A stretch of DNA of 63,965 nt, filler included, from Octopus bimaculoides (GCF_001194135.2; 6 parts of 6 records of this genome joined end to end with filler, not necessarily neighbours in it), one strand, 5' to 3'. Counted from the whole stretch's first letter, positions 51,533 to 63,965 are shown. Numbers and translations: made by a program. Notes: generated from the sequence alone by a model not told the origin.

Positions 51533-52083
51533 AGTGCTCTGATGCAGTACCAGGCAGTGGCTCTCGTGGCTTCTGATCTTTGGAAGCGTTATCATATACA
51601 TTGTTTTGGCTTGGCTTAAAAGATAGGCAACAGCGAGTATTCTGCTCAGTACCACAGATTTACTTGTCAGTTGCCTGACCGTAAGCAGTTGAAGATGTCC
51701 CTTAGTGACTGATAATATGTGCATCTCTTGATCACGAGCAGAAGTAGTGGGGGAACATCATAGCCATGTCTTGAGAGGGGTTCTTTGGGGTTTGAATAAT
51801 TCACCTCTGGAAACATGGGTGTTTCGTTCAACATCCTTAAACAACCCTTATTCAGGGACCTTTTGAGTGGGATGGGCTACTCGACCTAATGAAAATTATA
51901 ACTGCGCCCCACCTGCGAGGTCATGTGCTGTTAGTCTTGATATGAGATCACAATGGTGCACACATATAGTTGTGATGCATGTGCCTGGTGTACCCTTATC
52001 AGACGGGTAGTCATGATGGGTATACTGAGCTTGGTATATTCTACCCCAGTGTCACTTCAATGGCACGCACTGATTTCTTACTC
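51533..52083. mobile_element. About 550-bp non-coding element between two (AAT)n arrays, class uncertain
   Basis: Complex, more GC-rich sequence with sharp edges against (AAT)n on both sides; no recognisable ORF. Confidence 0.4.
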
Positions 52084-52099
52084 AATAATAATATTAATG

Positions 52100-52166
<67 letters not shown>
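52084..52166. repeat. (AAT)n
   Basis: Direct reading. Confidence 0.97.
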
Positions 52167-52167
<1 letters not shown>

Positions 52168-52363
52168 TGAAGGGGACAATATCAAGCACTCAGTGATGAG
52201 GGAAAGGATCAGAAGAGAATGTTATCGCAGGGTGAGAGCAATACTGAAGACAGAGCTGAACGCGAGAAACAGGATCGAAGCGATCAATGCTCTAGCCATA
52301 CCAGTCGTGACTTACAGTTTCAACATCGTTAACTGGTCAATTACTGAAATATGTAATGTTGAC
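52167..52363 (+). mobile_element. R4/Dong-clade non-LTR RT C-terminal fragment, 5'-truncated
   Basis: EGDNIKHSVMRERIRRECYRRVRAILKTELNARNRIEAINALAIPVVTYSFNIVNWSITEICNVD fits the R4 pattern R.R.ILK..LN..N...AIN..A.PV..YSF..I.W; the frame is open. Confidence 0.75.
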
Positions 52364-52463
52364 NNNNNNNNNNNNNNNNNNNNNNNNNNNNNNNNNNNNN
52401 NNNNNNNTTAATTAATTAANNNNNNNNNNNNNNNNNNNNNNNNNNNNNNNNNNNNNNNNNNNN
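52364..52463. other. Artificial scaffold spacer N44-TTAATTAATTAA-N44
   Basis: Same 100-nt structure as 16340-16439. Confidence 0.97.
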
Positions 52464-52573
52464 GAGGGTGTGGGTTGGAGTGAGGGTGTGGATTGGGGTG
52501 AGGGTGTGGAGATGTGGGAGTATATATAAAGCACGATTTATTTGCGATCAGAGTTGTTCGAAAACTGAGGCAC

Positions 52574-52618
<45 letters not shown>

Positions 52619-52999
52619 TGCAAGCGGATTCAACAGAGTTTCTTGATTTTAATTTCTTAACTGTTATGTTTGCGCATAGGAATGGAAACAACATTGAAAA
52701 CTTGAATTGAAATAAAGACGACCAGAAGATATGATGATGAATTTGATGATGACGACGACGACAACGACAAGTAGAAGGAAGGTGACGAGTGAAAGTGATA
52801 CATATACAGAAAGAGAGAAGGAGAGAAGGAGAGAAGGAGAGAAGGAGAGAAAAGTAAAGAGAAAGACGTTGGAAATGGTTGTGAGAGACGAAGTTTTGTG
52901 AGAGAAAGCAGCAAGGATGTAATCATTGTGTCAATGTCAGTGAAATTAACCTTAAGATGGATTATGATGTTTGACAGACGACACAATCGATGTACTTGG

Positions 53000-53695
53000 T
53001 TAAGATGATGGTGGTTGTGGTGGTGGAGTGGTTGTGGCGGCGGCGGAAGAGGCAGTGGTGGAAGCGGTGGTAGCGGCGGCGGTAGCTGAGACAGCGGTGG
53101 CATCAGCGGCAGCGGCGGCAACGGCAAAAGCAGCAACGGCAGCGGAGGCGGCGGTGCCGGTGGCAGCGACGGCAGCGGCAGCGGTGGCAGNNNNNNNNNN
53201 NNNNNNNNNNNNNNNNNNNNNNNNNNNNNNNNNNNNNNNNNNNNNNNNNNNNNNNNNNNNNNNNNNNNNNNNNNNNNNNNNNNNNNNNNNNNNNNNNNNN
53301 NNNNNNNNNNNNNNNNNNNNNNNNNNNNNNNNNNNNNNNNNNNNNNNNNNNNNNNNNNNNNNNNNNNNNNNNNNNNNNNNNNNNNNNNNNNNNNNNNNNN
53401 NNNNNNNNNNNNNNNNNNNNNNNNNNNNNNNNNNNNNNNNNNNNNNNNNNNNNNNNNNNNNNNNNNNNNNNNNNNNNNNNNNNNNNNNNNNNNNNNNNNN
53501 NNNNNNNNNNNNNNNNNNNNNNNNNNNNNNNNNNNNNNNNNNNNNNNNNNNNNNNNNNNNNNNNNNNNNNNNNNNNNNNNNNNNNNNNNNNNNNNNNNNN
53601 NNNNNNNNNNNNNNNNNNNNNNNNNNNNNNNNNNNNNNNNNNNNNNNNNNNNNNNNNNNNNNNNNNNNNNNNNNNGGTGGTGGTGGTGGTGGTTT
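53000..53695. repeat. GC-rich (GGC/GCA/GGT) trinucleotide mosaic spanning an N gap
   Basis: Direct reading; the gap is 53191-53675. Confidence 0.85.
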
Positions 53696-54405
53696 TGGCA
53701 GTTGCATTGGTGATGGTACCAATGGTATTGTGTCTTTGTTTGTGTGCGTGCAGCCCGTGGTCAGCACTGACCGAGCCGTTCTATGACACGTAAATAATGT
53801 GAGCGACAAGACCTAGGTGCGGCACACAGGCCCATCCTCCTTATCATAGCAAGTCTCCGTCTAACAAATAGCTGCCCAACACACTTCGTCGAACACGTAG
53901 AAATTAATTATACGAGATGCAAATGATGAAATGTTCCGAGGAACGGTGGACAGCGGTATAACTGAAGATACATTTAAGAGTAGGTATATTCAGCACAAGA
54001 TCTATAAAAGTAGTTACCAGACTAAGCACAACGTTTGATAAAATCGATGAAATAATATCTCTGAACGTGGAGCCTGAGTGGCTGCATTTCAATGGTTGAA
54101 ACCAGCAAGAAAATCAATGATTATAATGTACTAAAAACCAAAATGAGAGTTTCTCTCATGGTACCTATTGTAGTATAGTTTGTTCTAACATAACATCCAC
54201 GTTTAAATGTGGATAAATATATATTTATACATTTATATATATTGGACACACACACAAACAAACCAACAAACAAACGAACAAACACACACACACACACATA
54301 CACATATATACATATAAGTGTGTGTATATACACACATATATATTCTTTTATTATTTTACTTGTTTTACTTGTTTCAGTCATTAGACCGCAACCATGTTGA
54401 GACAC

Positions 54406-54540
54406 TGACTTGCGGAATGTTCCACTTTATGGATGGTGTCGTCATGAATGGCGGAATATGGTCGTCCAGGAATTGGACCATTTTCGACTGATATACGACC
54501 ACATTTCAATTGGTGATGCCAGTGCTTGACTACGTCAGAT
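54406..54540 (-). mobile_element. mariner transposase HTH fragment
   Basis: Minus strand VVKHWHHQLKCGRISVENGPIPGRPYSAIHDDTIHKVEH (the W...F(K)CGRxS.....GRP motif). Confidence 0.6.
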
Positions 54541-54666
54541 GATGATGAAATAAAAATCATTATTCGTAAAATGTGTGCTGTGCAATTTAGGCTTATTTTT
54601 CGTATTCTTAAAGCATGTTGTTGACTGTGTTGATGGTGTTATCATCATCATCATTGTGATTACTAT

Positions 54667-54724
<58 letters not shown>

Positions 54725-54784
54725 TGTTGTTGTTGTTGTTGTAGTAGTTGTTTCTGTTGTTGCTGTAAAGATGGTGGTGGTTGT

Positions 54785-55008
54785 AAGGCGGTTACCTGGC
54801 AGAATCGTAAGCAGGCTGGGCAAAATACTGAGCGGCGTTTCGTCCGTCCTTACGTTCTGGGTTCAAATTCCGCCGTGGCCGACTTTTCCGTTCATCCTTT
54901 CGGGGTTGATAAATAAAGTACCATTGAATCACAAGGGTCGATGTAGTCAACTATTCCACACCCCAAAAATTTCAGGTCTTGTGCCTATAGTAGAAAGGAT
55001 TATTAATA

Positions 55009-55067
<59 letters not shown>

Positions 55068-55210
55068 ATAGTAGTAGTAGTAAGGCGGTGAAGTGGCAGA
55101 ATCGTCGGCACGGTGGGCAGAATGCTTAGCGGCATTTTGTCCGTCTTTACATTCCGAGGTCGAATTTGCGATTCATGCTTTAAGGCCTTGTGCTTATAAC
55201 AGAAAAGATT
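54785..55210 (+). mobile_element. Two SINE family B copies separated by (GTA)n and followed by (ATT)n
   Basis: aaggcgg...ctggcagaatcgt...tacgttctgggttcaaattccgccgtggccgactttt...; the second head is at 55082. Confidence 0.8.
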
Positions 55211-55223
55211 ATTATTATTATTA

Positions 55224-55273
<50 letters not shown>

Positions 55274-55298
55274 GTTATTATTATTATTATCATCATCA

Positions 55299-55365
<67 letters not shown>
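55207..55365. repeat. (ATT)n with (ATC) interruption
   Basis: Direct reading. Confidence 0.97.
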
Positions 55366-55430
55366 CTTTTTAACATACAACTAATTGTACATATTTGTAC
55401 ATACGTTTTTACATATACATATATACCTGC

Positions 55431-55514
55431 ACAGGTGGTGCTGAAAAAAAAATACAGTAGGATCGATTAATTATGATTTTATTTAACATACTTCACTCTC
55501 AGATACACACACTT
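55431..55514. mobile_element. Partial copy of the mariner-derived MITE at 56284
   Basis: taattatgattttatttaacatacttcactctcagatacacacactt matches 56318-56365. Confidence 0.6.
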
Positions 55515-56283
55515 NNNNNNNNNNNNNNNNNNNNNNNNNNNNNNNNNNNNNNNNNNNNNNNNNNNNNNNNNNNNNNNNNNNNNNNNNNNNNNNNNNNNNN
55601 NNNNNNNNNNNNNNNNNNNNNNNNNNNNNNNNNNNNNNNNNNNNNNNNNNNNNNNNNNNNNNNNNNNNNNNNNNNNNNNNNNNNNNNNNNNNNNNNNNNN
55701 NNNNNNNNNNNNNNNNNNNNNNNNNNNNNNNNNNNNNNNNNNNNNNNNNNNNNNNNNNNNNNNNNNNNNNNNNNNNNNNNNNNNNNNNNNNNNNNNNNNN
55801 NNNNNNNNNNNNNNNNNNNNNNNNNNNNNNNNNNNNNNNNNNNNNNNNNNNNNNNNNNNNNNNNNNNNNNNNNNNNNNNNNNNNNNNNNNNNNNNNNNNN
55901 NNNNNNNNNNNNNNNNNNNNNNNNNNNNNNNNNNNNNNNNNNNNNNNNNNNNNNNNNNNNNNNNNNNNNNNNNNNNNNNNNNNNNNNNNNNNNNNNNNNN
56001 NNNNNNNNNNNNNNNNNNNNNNNNNNNNNNNNNNNNNNNNNNNNNNNNNNNNNNNNNNNNNNNNNNNNNNNNNNNNNNNNNNNNNNNNNNNNNNNNNNNN
56101 NNNNNNNNNNNNNNNNNNNNNNNNNNNNNNNNNNNNNNNNNNNNNNNNNNNNNNNNNNNNNNNNNNNNNNNNNNNNNNNNNNNNNNNNNNNNNNNNNNNN
56201 NNNNNNNNNNNNNNNNNNNNNNNNNNNNNNNNNNNNNNNNNNNNNNNNNNNNNNNNNNNNNNNNNNNNNNNNNNNNNNNNNNN

Positions 56284-56480
56284 TGGCTGTGGGTAAAAGA
56301 AAATAAAGGAGGAACAGATAATTATGATTTTATTGAACATATTCTCTTCTCAGATTCACACACTTATTGCAGGGGTCCTTCAGTTTTTCTAAGGGCTGCA
56401 AAAGAACTCGGAAAATTGGGTCTCCAAACAGGCCTTTCGCGACACCCTTAAAACTAGGAAATTTTCAGCTCTCCTTCATA
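56284..56480 (-). mobile_element. mariner-derived MITE or 3' fragment
   Basis: Minus strand LEKLKDPCNKCVNLRREYVQ* resembles a mariner C-terminus; TIR-like aggaaattttcagc end. Confidence 0.6.
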
Positions 56481-56487
56481 TATATGA

Positions 56488-56518
<31 letters not shown>

Positions 56519-56557
56519 TACGCATGCAGGCATATATCCATGTGCATATATATAAAT

Positions 56558-56599
<42 letters not shown>

Positions 56600-57179
56600 A
56601 CACATACACACATAAGGACACACTAATCACAGACATAAATACATACATTCGTAAACCAACGTTAATGCACAAAGCGTGATACCAACTTCCGCACTATGGC
56701 GCACACGCACACGCACACACATACTCACGCACACACACACATACTCACGCACACACACATACTCACGCACACACAAACATACTCACGCACATACACACAC
56801 AAATATATTGGCATTTTATTGAAAACAGAAGACTTTCATTGGACATTATTAACCATTTTTGACTGATAATGCTGAAACTATAGACCCATCCATCAATCCA
56901 GCCATTATTACACCGGCACCAACAGCAACCCCGCCAAAGTTTCATAATCACCGGTGTCCATTTTGTTTTTGTTTTTTGTTTTGTTTTGTTTTAATTTTTG
57001 TTTTTGTTGTTGTTGTGTGTGTGTATGTGTGTGTTTTGTTTATTTTTCTCTTTTTTCTTTTGGTCTTTCATCAAAGTCCATCCTGCATTTCTGCCCATCA
57101 ATTTGGGTGGTGAGTGATCCACTACTACTACTACTACTACTCTTTCTTTCACTCACTTTCTCTCGAGCTCTCTTTCACA

Positions 57180-57286
57180 CCCACAAACACACGCACCCTC
57201 TCGCTTTCTCTATCTATTTATCTCTGTCTCTCTCTTTCTATCTCTATCTGCCTCTTTCTCTCTCACTGTCTCTCTCACTGTCTCTC

Positions 57287-57331
<45 letters not shown>

Positions 57332-57392
57332 CTCTCTCTCCCTCTCTCCCTCTCTCTCTCTCTCTCTCACTGTCTCTCTCTCTCTCTCTCTC
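57180..57392. repeat. (CT)n-rich microsatellite running into an N gap
   Basis: Direct reading. Confidence 0.95.
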
Positions 57393-58295
57393 NNNNNNNN
57401 NNNNNNNNNNNNNNNNNNNNNNNNNNNNNNNNNNNNNNNNNNNNNNNNNNNNNNNNNNNNNNNNNNNNNNNNNNNNNNNNNNNNNNNNNNNNNNNNNNNN
57501 NNNNNNNNNNNNNNNNNNNNNNNNNNNNNNNNNNNNNNNNNNNNNNNNNNNNNNNNNNNNNNNNNNNNNNNNNNNNNNNNNNNNNNNNNNNNNNNNNNNN
57601 NNNNNNNNNNNNNNNNNNNNNNNNNNNNNNNNNNNNNNNNNNNNNNNNNNNNNNNNNNNNNNNNNNNNNNNNNNNNNNNNNNNNNNNNNNNNNNNNNNNN
57701 NNNNNNNNNNNNNNNNNNNNNNNNNNNNNNNNNNNNNNNNNNNNNNNNNNNNNNNNNNNNNNNNNNNNNNNNNNNNNNNNNNNNNNNNNNNNNGAGAGAA
57801 AGGAAGAGACAGAGAAGACAGAGAAGAGAGACAGATAGGAAGGTGAGGAGGGGAGGGGAGGGAGGCAAAGGGGGAGGGCGGGAAGGAGTAATTAGATTCA
57901 TTATGTATGATGTCTCTCCCACCTTCACCATCATTCTGCAATTCTTATCTCCATTTCCTCATAATCTACACTTCATCTTATCAAGTAACTCCCTACTGCT
58001 TTATATACATATATATACATTCTTATGTATTTGTGTGTAATATATATATACATATACGTATGTATAATACATACATACATACATATATATGTGTGTGTGT
58101 GTGTGTGTGTGTAGATATCCCATTAGTTTTATTGATAGATCAGTATATCTCTATGTAATAGATACTAAGTGCTCAATAGACTGATGTAGAGCAAAATAAT
58201 ATAATCCAATACACATGCAAGACTCTGCACCACAAAGTACACCAGAAAGTACGAATATCAATATACATGCTCATACATGTATGTATGTATTTGTG

Positions 58296-58326
<31 letters not shown>

Positions 58327-58398
58327 ATGTGTGTGTGTACCTGTACGCATGTACATACGTACGGATGTGTACGTATGTGTTTGTGTATACATATGCCG

Positions 58399-58439
<41 letters not shown>

Positions 58440-59275
58440 TGTGTGTGATTTTGTGAATATGTATGTCTACACGTATGTATATACATTGATTTCCCTATTT
58501 CTCTCAGTTTCTTTCCTACTCACTCACTCAATCTCTTTCNNNNNNNNNNNNNNNNNNNNNNNNNNNNNNNNNNNNNNNNNNNNNNNNNNNNNNNNNNNNN
58601 NNNNNNNNNNNNNNNNNNNNNNNNNNNNNNNNNNNNNNNNNNNNNNNNNNNNNNNNNNNNNNNNNNNNNNNNNNNNNNNNNNNNNNNNNNNNNNNNNNNN
58701 NNNNNNNNNNNNNNNNNNNNNNNNNNNNNNNNNNNNNNNNNNNNNNNNNNNNNNNNNNNNNNNNNNNNNNNNNNNNNNNNNNNNNNNNNNNNNNNNNNNN
58801 NNNNNNNNNNNNNNNNNNNNNNNNNNNNNNNNNNNNNNNNNNNNNNNNNNNNNNNNNNNNNNNNNNNNNNNNNNNNNNNNNNNNNNNNNNNNNNNNNNNN
58901 NNNNNNNNNNNNNNNNNNNNNNNNNNNNNNNNNNNNNNNNNNNNNNNNNNNNNNNNNNNNNNNNNNNNNNNNNNNNNNNNNNNNNNNNNNNNNNNNNNNN
59001 NNNNNNNNNNNNNNNNNNNNNNNNNNNNNNNNNNNNNNNNNNNNNNNNNNNNNNNNNNNNNNNNNNNNNNNNNNNNNNNNNNNNNNNNNNNNNNNNNNNN
59101 NNNNNNNNNNNNNNNNNNCCCCTAATATGTATGAATAAGTAGAGTTTGATGAGAGTCTCTTTGACATTGATATAGTAAAGATTCCGTCTTTCTTCTCAAC
59201 CAATCATATCTTGCTTGCTTGGAAACATCAGCCATCACATGACCACACTACTAGCCCTAATGCACACACACACAG

Positions 59276-59312
<37 letters not shown>

Positions 59313-59409
59313 TACACACACACACACAAACACCCACATGCACGTATTCACGCGCAAAGGCATTACTCTCATTAACCAACCAGCCAGCCGACCGACCTAT
59401 TCGCCAACC

Positions 59410-59755
59410 TGCTACTACCATCATCGCGGTCATCGTCGTCGTCGTCATCGTCCTTCTTCTTCCTCCTCCTCATCCTCCTCCTCATCATCATCATCATCAT
59501 AAGCAGCACCAACAGCAACGACAGCAGCAGCGCAATCGTAATCCGCATCATTCTCATCAAAATCGCCGTCGTCATCCCTGCCACCATTATAATGGTCATT
59601 AACATCACTATCATCTCCATCATCATCATCATCATTATCATCATCCCCATCATCACTACCACCACCACCGCTGTTACCATCGTCCAGCTCCTCCGCATCA
59701 TCATCTTCATCAACAACAACAACAACACAACAGCAACAACCACAACAACAGCAGC
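59410..59755. repeat. Mixed trinucleotide mosaic (ATC/GTC/CTC/CAG/CAA)
   Basis: Direct reading. Confidence 0.85.
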
Positions 59756-60984
59756 GAGACTATCAGCAACGCCCTCTCTACGAAGATACGGCTAAAGGGA
59801 AATTCACAGACCAACATTTTAACGGCTAACAAATCACTGATAAGCAAATTTATCTATAAGTAATTGATCGATTAGCATATTCATCGTTAGCAAACTACTC
59901 ATTAATATCAAGATCCCAATAAATGGCTTTTAGAAATAAGAAATATAATTGATACACGTCTTTGAATCAGCATTAAATTAAAATCCAGTGTGTTGTATGT
60001 ATATATATATATATATATATATANNNNNNNNNNNNNNNNNNNNNNNNNNNNNNNNNNNNNNNNNNNNNNNNNNNNNNNNNNNNNNNNNNNNNNNNNNNNN
60101 NNNNNNNNNNNNNNNNNNNNNNNNNNNNNNNNNNNNNNNNNNNNNNNNNNNNNNNNNNNNNNNNNNNNNNNNGACTCTAAACCACAATAAATGTTCATAT
60201 AGCACGAAGAGCGAAGACGAAGATAAAATAAACTAGCAAAAATACTGGATAATTCCAGATCCCGCCTGGTTTAGAGTCAAGATTTGACTGTTATTTTCAG
60301 CGTGGTGGTATCTCTTAGATACCCTATATTATAATTTTAAATAATTGTTACCTTTGATGGTTTTTATTCCCATGCAGGCCACTTGATAAGATCAATATTT
60401 TAAATATCGATCTTATCCTTATTTATATAAATTATATATATATATATAATGTATATACAAGCGTGGAAAGGCACTAGCTGTGATGGTTTGTCAAAGACAA
60501 ATTCGCAGAGACTTGTACATTAAAAAGCAGTTTTGCTCAGAATGCTGGTGGATTGGTAGACACGATGTTTCGACATGTTTTCACCCACTCAGTGACGAAA
60601 TCTCCAGACGTTCTGAGCTAAAGTGAAAATGCTTGTTCCTTTACAGAAATCGGTAAACAAAACATGTACTGATACGTGTGATAGCTAATCAAACTACAAC
60701 TGAATTAATATACAAGCTTGAAACAGCATTAAATTAAAAACTGTGTGCTGTTGACGTCATTGGAATTTTATAAACTTTCGAGAGAACTTTGAATTTATTT
60801 TTAATTGGTGCTCGAAGTACATATACAGCTATGAATAATCGCATGTAAATATTGAGTCGAAAAACACTTTTCGTGGGACCAGAACCCATATCTCCTGTAG
60901 ACATGACAGTCGCTCTACCATTGCATTTTTCTATCCAAAAGAGTTTTTCAACCAATATTTACATGCTATAATTAATAGCTTTAT

Positions 60985-61278
60985 CAAATTCCATCGAGAT
61001 TGACTTTGCCTTTCATCCTTTCGGCGTCAATAAAATAAGTACTAGTTGAATACCAGGGTCGATGTAATAGACTTATCTCCACCCCCGAACTTGCTGGCCT
61101 CGTGCCAAAATTTGAAATCATTATTTATAACTTTATCAAATTCCACTGCACTTGAATTTGCTTTTCATCCTTTCGGCGTCGATCAAATAAGTACTAGACA
61201 AGTACTGGAGTCGATGTTATCGGATTTACCCTTCCCCAAAATTTCAGGCATTGAGCCTATAGTGGAAAGGATTATTTA
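60985..61278 (+). mobile_element. Two tandem 5'-truncated SINE family B copies
   Basis: caaattcca...tttgc(c/t)tttcatcctttcggcgtc appears at 60985 and 61136. Confidence 0.75.
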
Positions 61279-61393
61279 TTGTTTTATATGTACTTCGAGA
61301 ACCTATTCCAAAGCATAAAAACCGTATGTATACACACACACATACACTCACACATACATAAATACATATTCATATACACAAACATACATACGA

Positions 61394-61560
61394 CGGGCGG
61401 GCTTCCACACAGTCTCCGTCTACCAAATACATCCACAAGGCATTGGACGGTCGGCTATAGTAGAAGACACTTGCCCAAGAAAGTACAAAGTGGTTCCGAG
61501 CCTGGACTCGAAACCGAAACCAATAGGTAGCAAAGTAAGCTTCTTAACCACACAACCATA
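61394..61560 (-). mobile_element. SINE family A 5' half, decayed
   Basis: ctccgtctaccaaat...ggctatagtagaagacacttgcccaag...ttaaccacac. Confidence 0.7.
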
Positions 61561-61755
61561 ATTACCTGAGCCTATTCTTAACCACACAGTCTTGTTTGAG
61601 TCTTCAGTAACAAACTATCGTATTTCCATAGAAATTTATGTGGAAAAATAACTTACCTTACTTTGACTTGGGTGGGAATCAAACACACTTCTACAGGAGC
61701 TTAGAGAACAAACTGACTCAAACTCCTTACTAATTTAGGTGGGAAAACATAACAT

Positions 61756-62051
61756 GGCGCAGGCGTGGCTGTGTGGTAAAACCACGTGGTTCCGGGTTCA
61801 ATCCCACTGCGTGGCACCTTGGGCAAGTGTCTTCTCAAATAGATTCAGGCCGACCAAAACCTTGTAAGTGGATTTAGTAGGCGCAGAAGTAGCTGTGTGG
61901 TAAGTAGCTTGATTAACAACCACATGGTTTCAGGTTCAGTCCCACTGCGTAATCACCTTGGTCAAGTGTCTTCTACTATAGCCTCGGGCCGATCAAAGCC
62001 TTCTGAGTGGATTTGGTAGACGGAAACTGAAAGAAGCCCGTCGTATATATA
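61756..62051 (+). mobile_element. Head-to-tail pair of SINE family A 5' halves
   Basis: ggcgcagg/agaag heads at 61756 and 61880; the second runs to gaagcccgtcgtatatata. Confidence 0.85.
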
Positions 62052-62151
62052 NNNNNNNNNNNNNNNNNNNNNNNNNNNNNNNNNNNNNNNNNNNNTTAAT
62101 TAATTAANNNNNNNNNNNNNNNNNNNNNNNNNNNNNNNNNNNNNNNNNNNN
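62052..62151. other. Artificial scaffold spacer N44-TTAATTAATTAA-N44
   Basis: Same 100-nt structure as 16340-16439. Confidence 0.97.
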
Positions 62152-62448
62152 CTTTGTAAGCCTAGTACTTATTCTATCAGTCTCTTTTGCTGAGCTGCTA
62201 AATTACAGCAATATAAACACACCTACATTGGTTGTCAAGCGATGGTGAGAGGACAGACACAGGCGCACAAATACATACATACATACATATACGACAGGCT
62301 TCTTTCAGTTTCCGTCTACCAAATGCACTCACAAGGCTTTGATTGGCTTGAAGCTATAGTAGAAGACACTTGCCCAAGGTACCATGCTGTAGAACTGAAC
62401 CCAGAAGTATGTTGTTGGGAAGCAAATCTCTTACCTCACAGCCACACC
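62152..62448 (-). mobile_element. SINE family A with internal (ATAC)n
   Basis: Aligns with 13400-13730. Confidence 0.85.
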
Positions 62449-62525
62449 AGTGTGTGTGTGTGCGTCTGTGTGTATGTGCATGCATGCCTGTCTGCATGTG
62501 TGTGTACATACATGTGTGTGTACAT

Positions 62526-62561
<36 letters not shown>

Positions 62562-62749
62562 AATGCTTACCTAGTTTCACTTGTTATCCAGTACTGTAAC
62601 CTGGCCTGCACTAAACATGCCACATGACATGACCACCACCGTGTATCGTCTTCCATAACACCACCATTACTACAAAACATGCCCACCGATATACACACAC
62701 ACACTCACACATTCACACATTCATTCCAGAAGTTTTGGGACCTTTTTCT

Positions 62750-63010
62750 AAGAGAGGCAGTTATAACTGGCCTAGATTGTTGTAATTTCAGAATGCCATT
62801 ACCATACATCTAATAAGTTGACCTGCCAACTTTTTGTTGTTCCAGATTGACGGCGGTGACTGTCACAGCACTTTAAACACTTCCAACTAAACACTGCTTG
62901 TTAGTGTTGAACAGTGTAAACACTACCGTTTAATTTAAAAGCTCTCTAGGCCATAAAGTTTTGTGTTAAATTGAGCATAAACATTACAGAGACTTGTCTT
63001 CCAGATTATT
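62750..63010 (+). mobile_element. mariner 5' fragment
   Basis: AIKFCVKLSINITET resembles the mariner N-terminal IKFCVKLGKxATET motif. Confidence 0.45.
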
Positions 63011-63265
63011 TATAGATTAGTGCTCCAAATTATTCACAGATTAATTGTTTTCATTGACACAAGTGTCTCAAGGATAGCAAAGAGGAGCTGAGAGACAATG
63101 AGGGATGTGGGAAAAAGAGCAACGTCAGAACATGAGAACTGCTTGAGAAAATTTGCAAATTTCTGGATAAAGATTGTTGGGTGCCAAGTGGTTGTGGTTG
63201 TGGGGGTGGGGTGGACAGACACAAAATCACATGCACATATATACTATATATGCATACACAGACAT

Positions 63266-63655
63266 GTGGAGGCGCAATGGTACAGGGTTAGGGCAGCGGA
63301 CTCGCGGTCATAGGATCGCGGTCTCGATTCCCAGACCGGGCGTTGTGAGTGTTTACTGAGCGAAAACACCTAAAAGCTCCACGAGGCTCCGGCAGGGGAT
63401 GATGGCAAACCCTGCTGTACTCTTTCACCACAACTTTCTCTCACTCTTACCTTCCTGTTTCTGTTGTGCCTGTAATTCAAAGGGTCAGCCTTGTCACACA
63501 CTGTGTCATGCTGAATATCTCCGAGAACTACATTAAGGGGTACACGTGTCTGTGGAGTGCTCAGCCACTTGCACGTTAATTTCACGAGCAGGCTGTTCCA
63601 TTGATCGGATCAACTGGAACCCTCGACGTCGTAAGCGACGGAGTGCCAACAACAA
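63266..63655 (+). mobile_element. tRNA-derived SINE family C, full length
   Basis: Highly similar to the reverse complement of 8246-8635. Confidence 0.9.
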
Positions 63656-63965
63656 TGTATGTATGTCATTGTTCAATTAAATTTCAAGATTTCCTACCAA
63701 TAGAGAAAGAGTCGGTTTCTAACCTAAATTCAAGGCTCCTGCATGGCTTAGTGGTTAGGGTATTTGGTTCATGATTGTTAGGCTGTGAGTTCAATCACTG
63801 GTGGTGCGTTGTGTCTATATTCTTCAGGCACAAACTACATATCATAATGAAAAAAAGAAATTGAATAATAAAAGAAATGTGAAAAAAACTGAGAGGGCAG
63901 CAAGTAGAAAACACAGACAGTAAAAAACGGAAAACGGAAGACAGAAACTATTGGGTTGTCCGGAA

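Noticed and set aside
55473-59203. 200-300 aa ORFs
   Set aside because: Their length comes from X residues over N gaps and from (CT)n tracts.
60633-60658. 6-nt microexon (ttgttcctttacAG-AAATCG-GTaaac)
   Set aside because: Such patterns arise by chance in AT-rich DNA and there is no host gene context.

Overview
Animal genomic DNA, AT-rich and dominated by repeats and microsatellites. The SINE, RTE, Penelope and mariner families are the kind I associate with octopus/cephalopod assemblies; that is an inference, not checked. The window is not one locus. Five identical 100-nt spacers (N44-TTAATTAATTAA-N44) at 16340, 36528, 45949, 52364 and 62052 split it into six separate scaffolds. Most sequence is decayed transposable element: several mariner/Tc1-type transposons (one complete with both TIRs, one Hsmar1-like, one maT-like), two long RTE LINEs plus many 3' tail fragments, R4/Dong-like REL non-LTR fragments, a Penelope-like RT fragment, three or more tRNA-derived SINE families and MITEs. 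Only one credible host coding exon was found (Pro/Tyr-rich, minus strand, 2914-3100). The most interesting signal is a set of sequence-unrelated minimal type-I hammerhead-ribozyme-like motifs (4632, 7301, 12684, 26548). One of them sits in a unit made of a tRNA-like Pol III head, a (TAA)n linker and the hammerhead, just downstream of a Penelope RT. Almost all ORFs in the supplied track are microsatellite or N-gap artefacts. All family calls come from reading motifs by eye; no database search was run.
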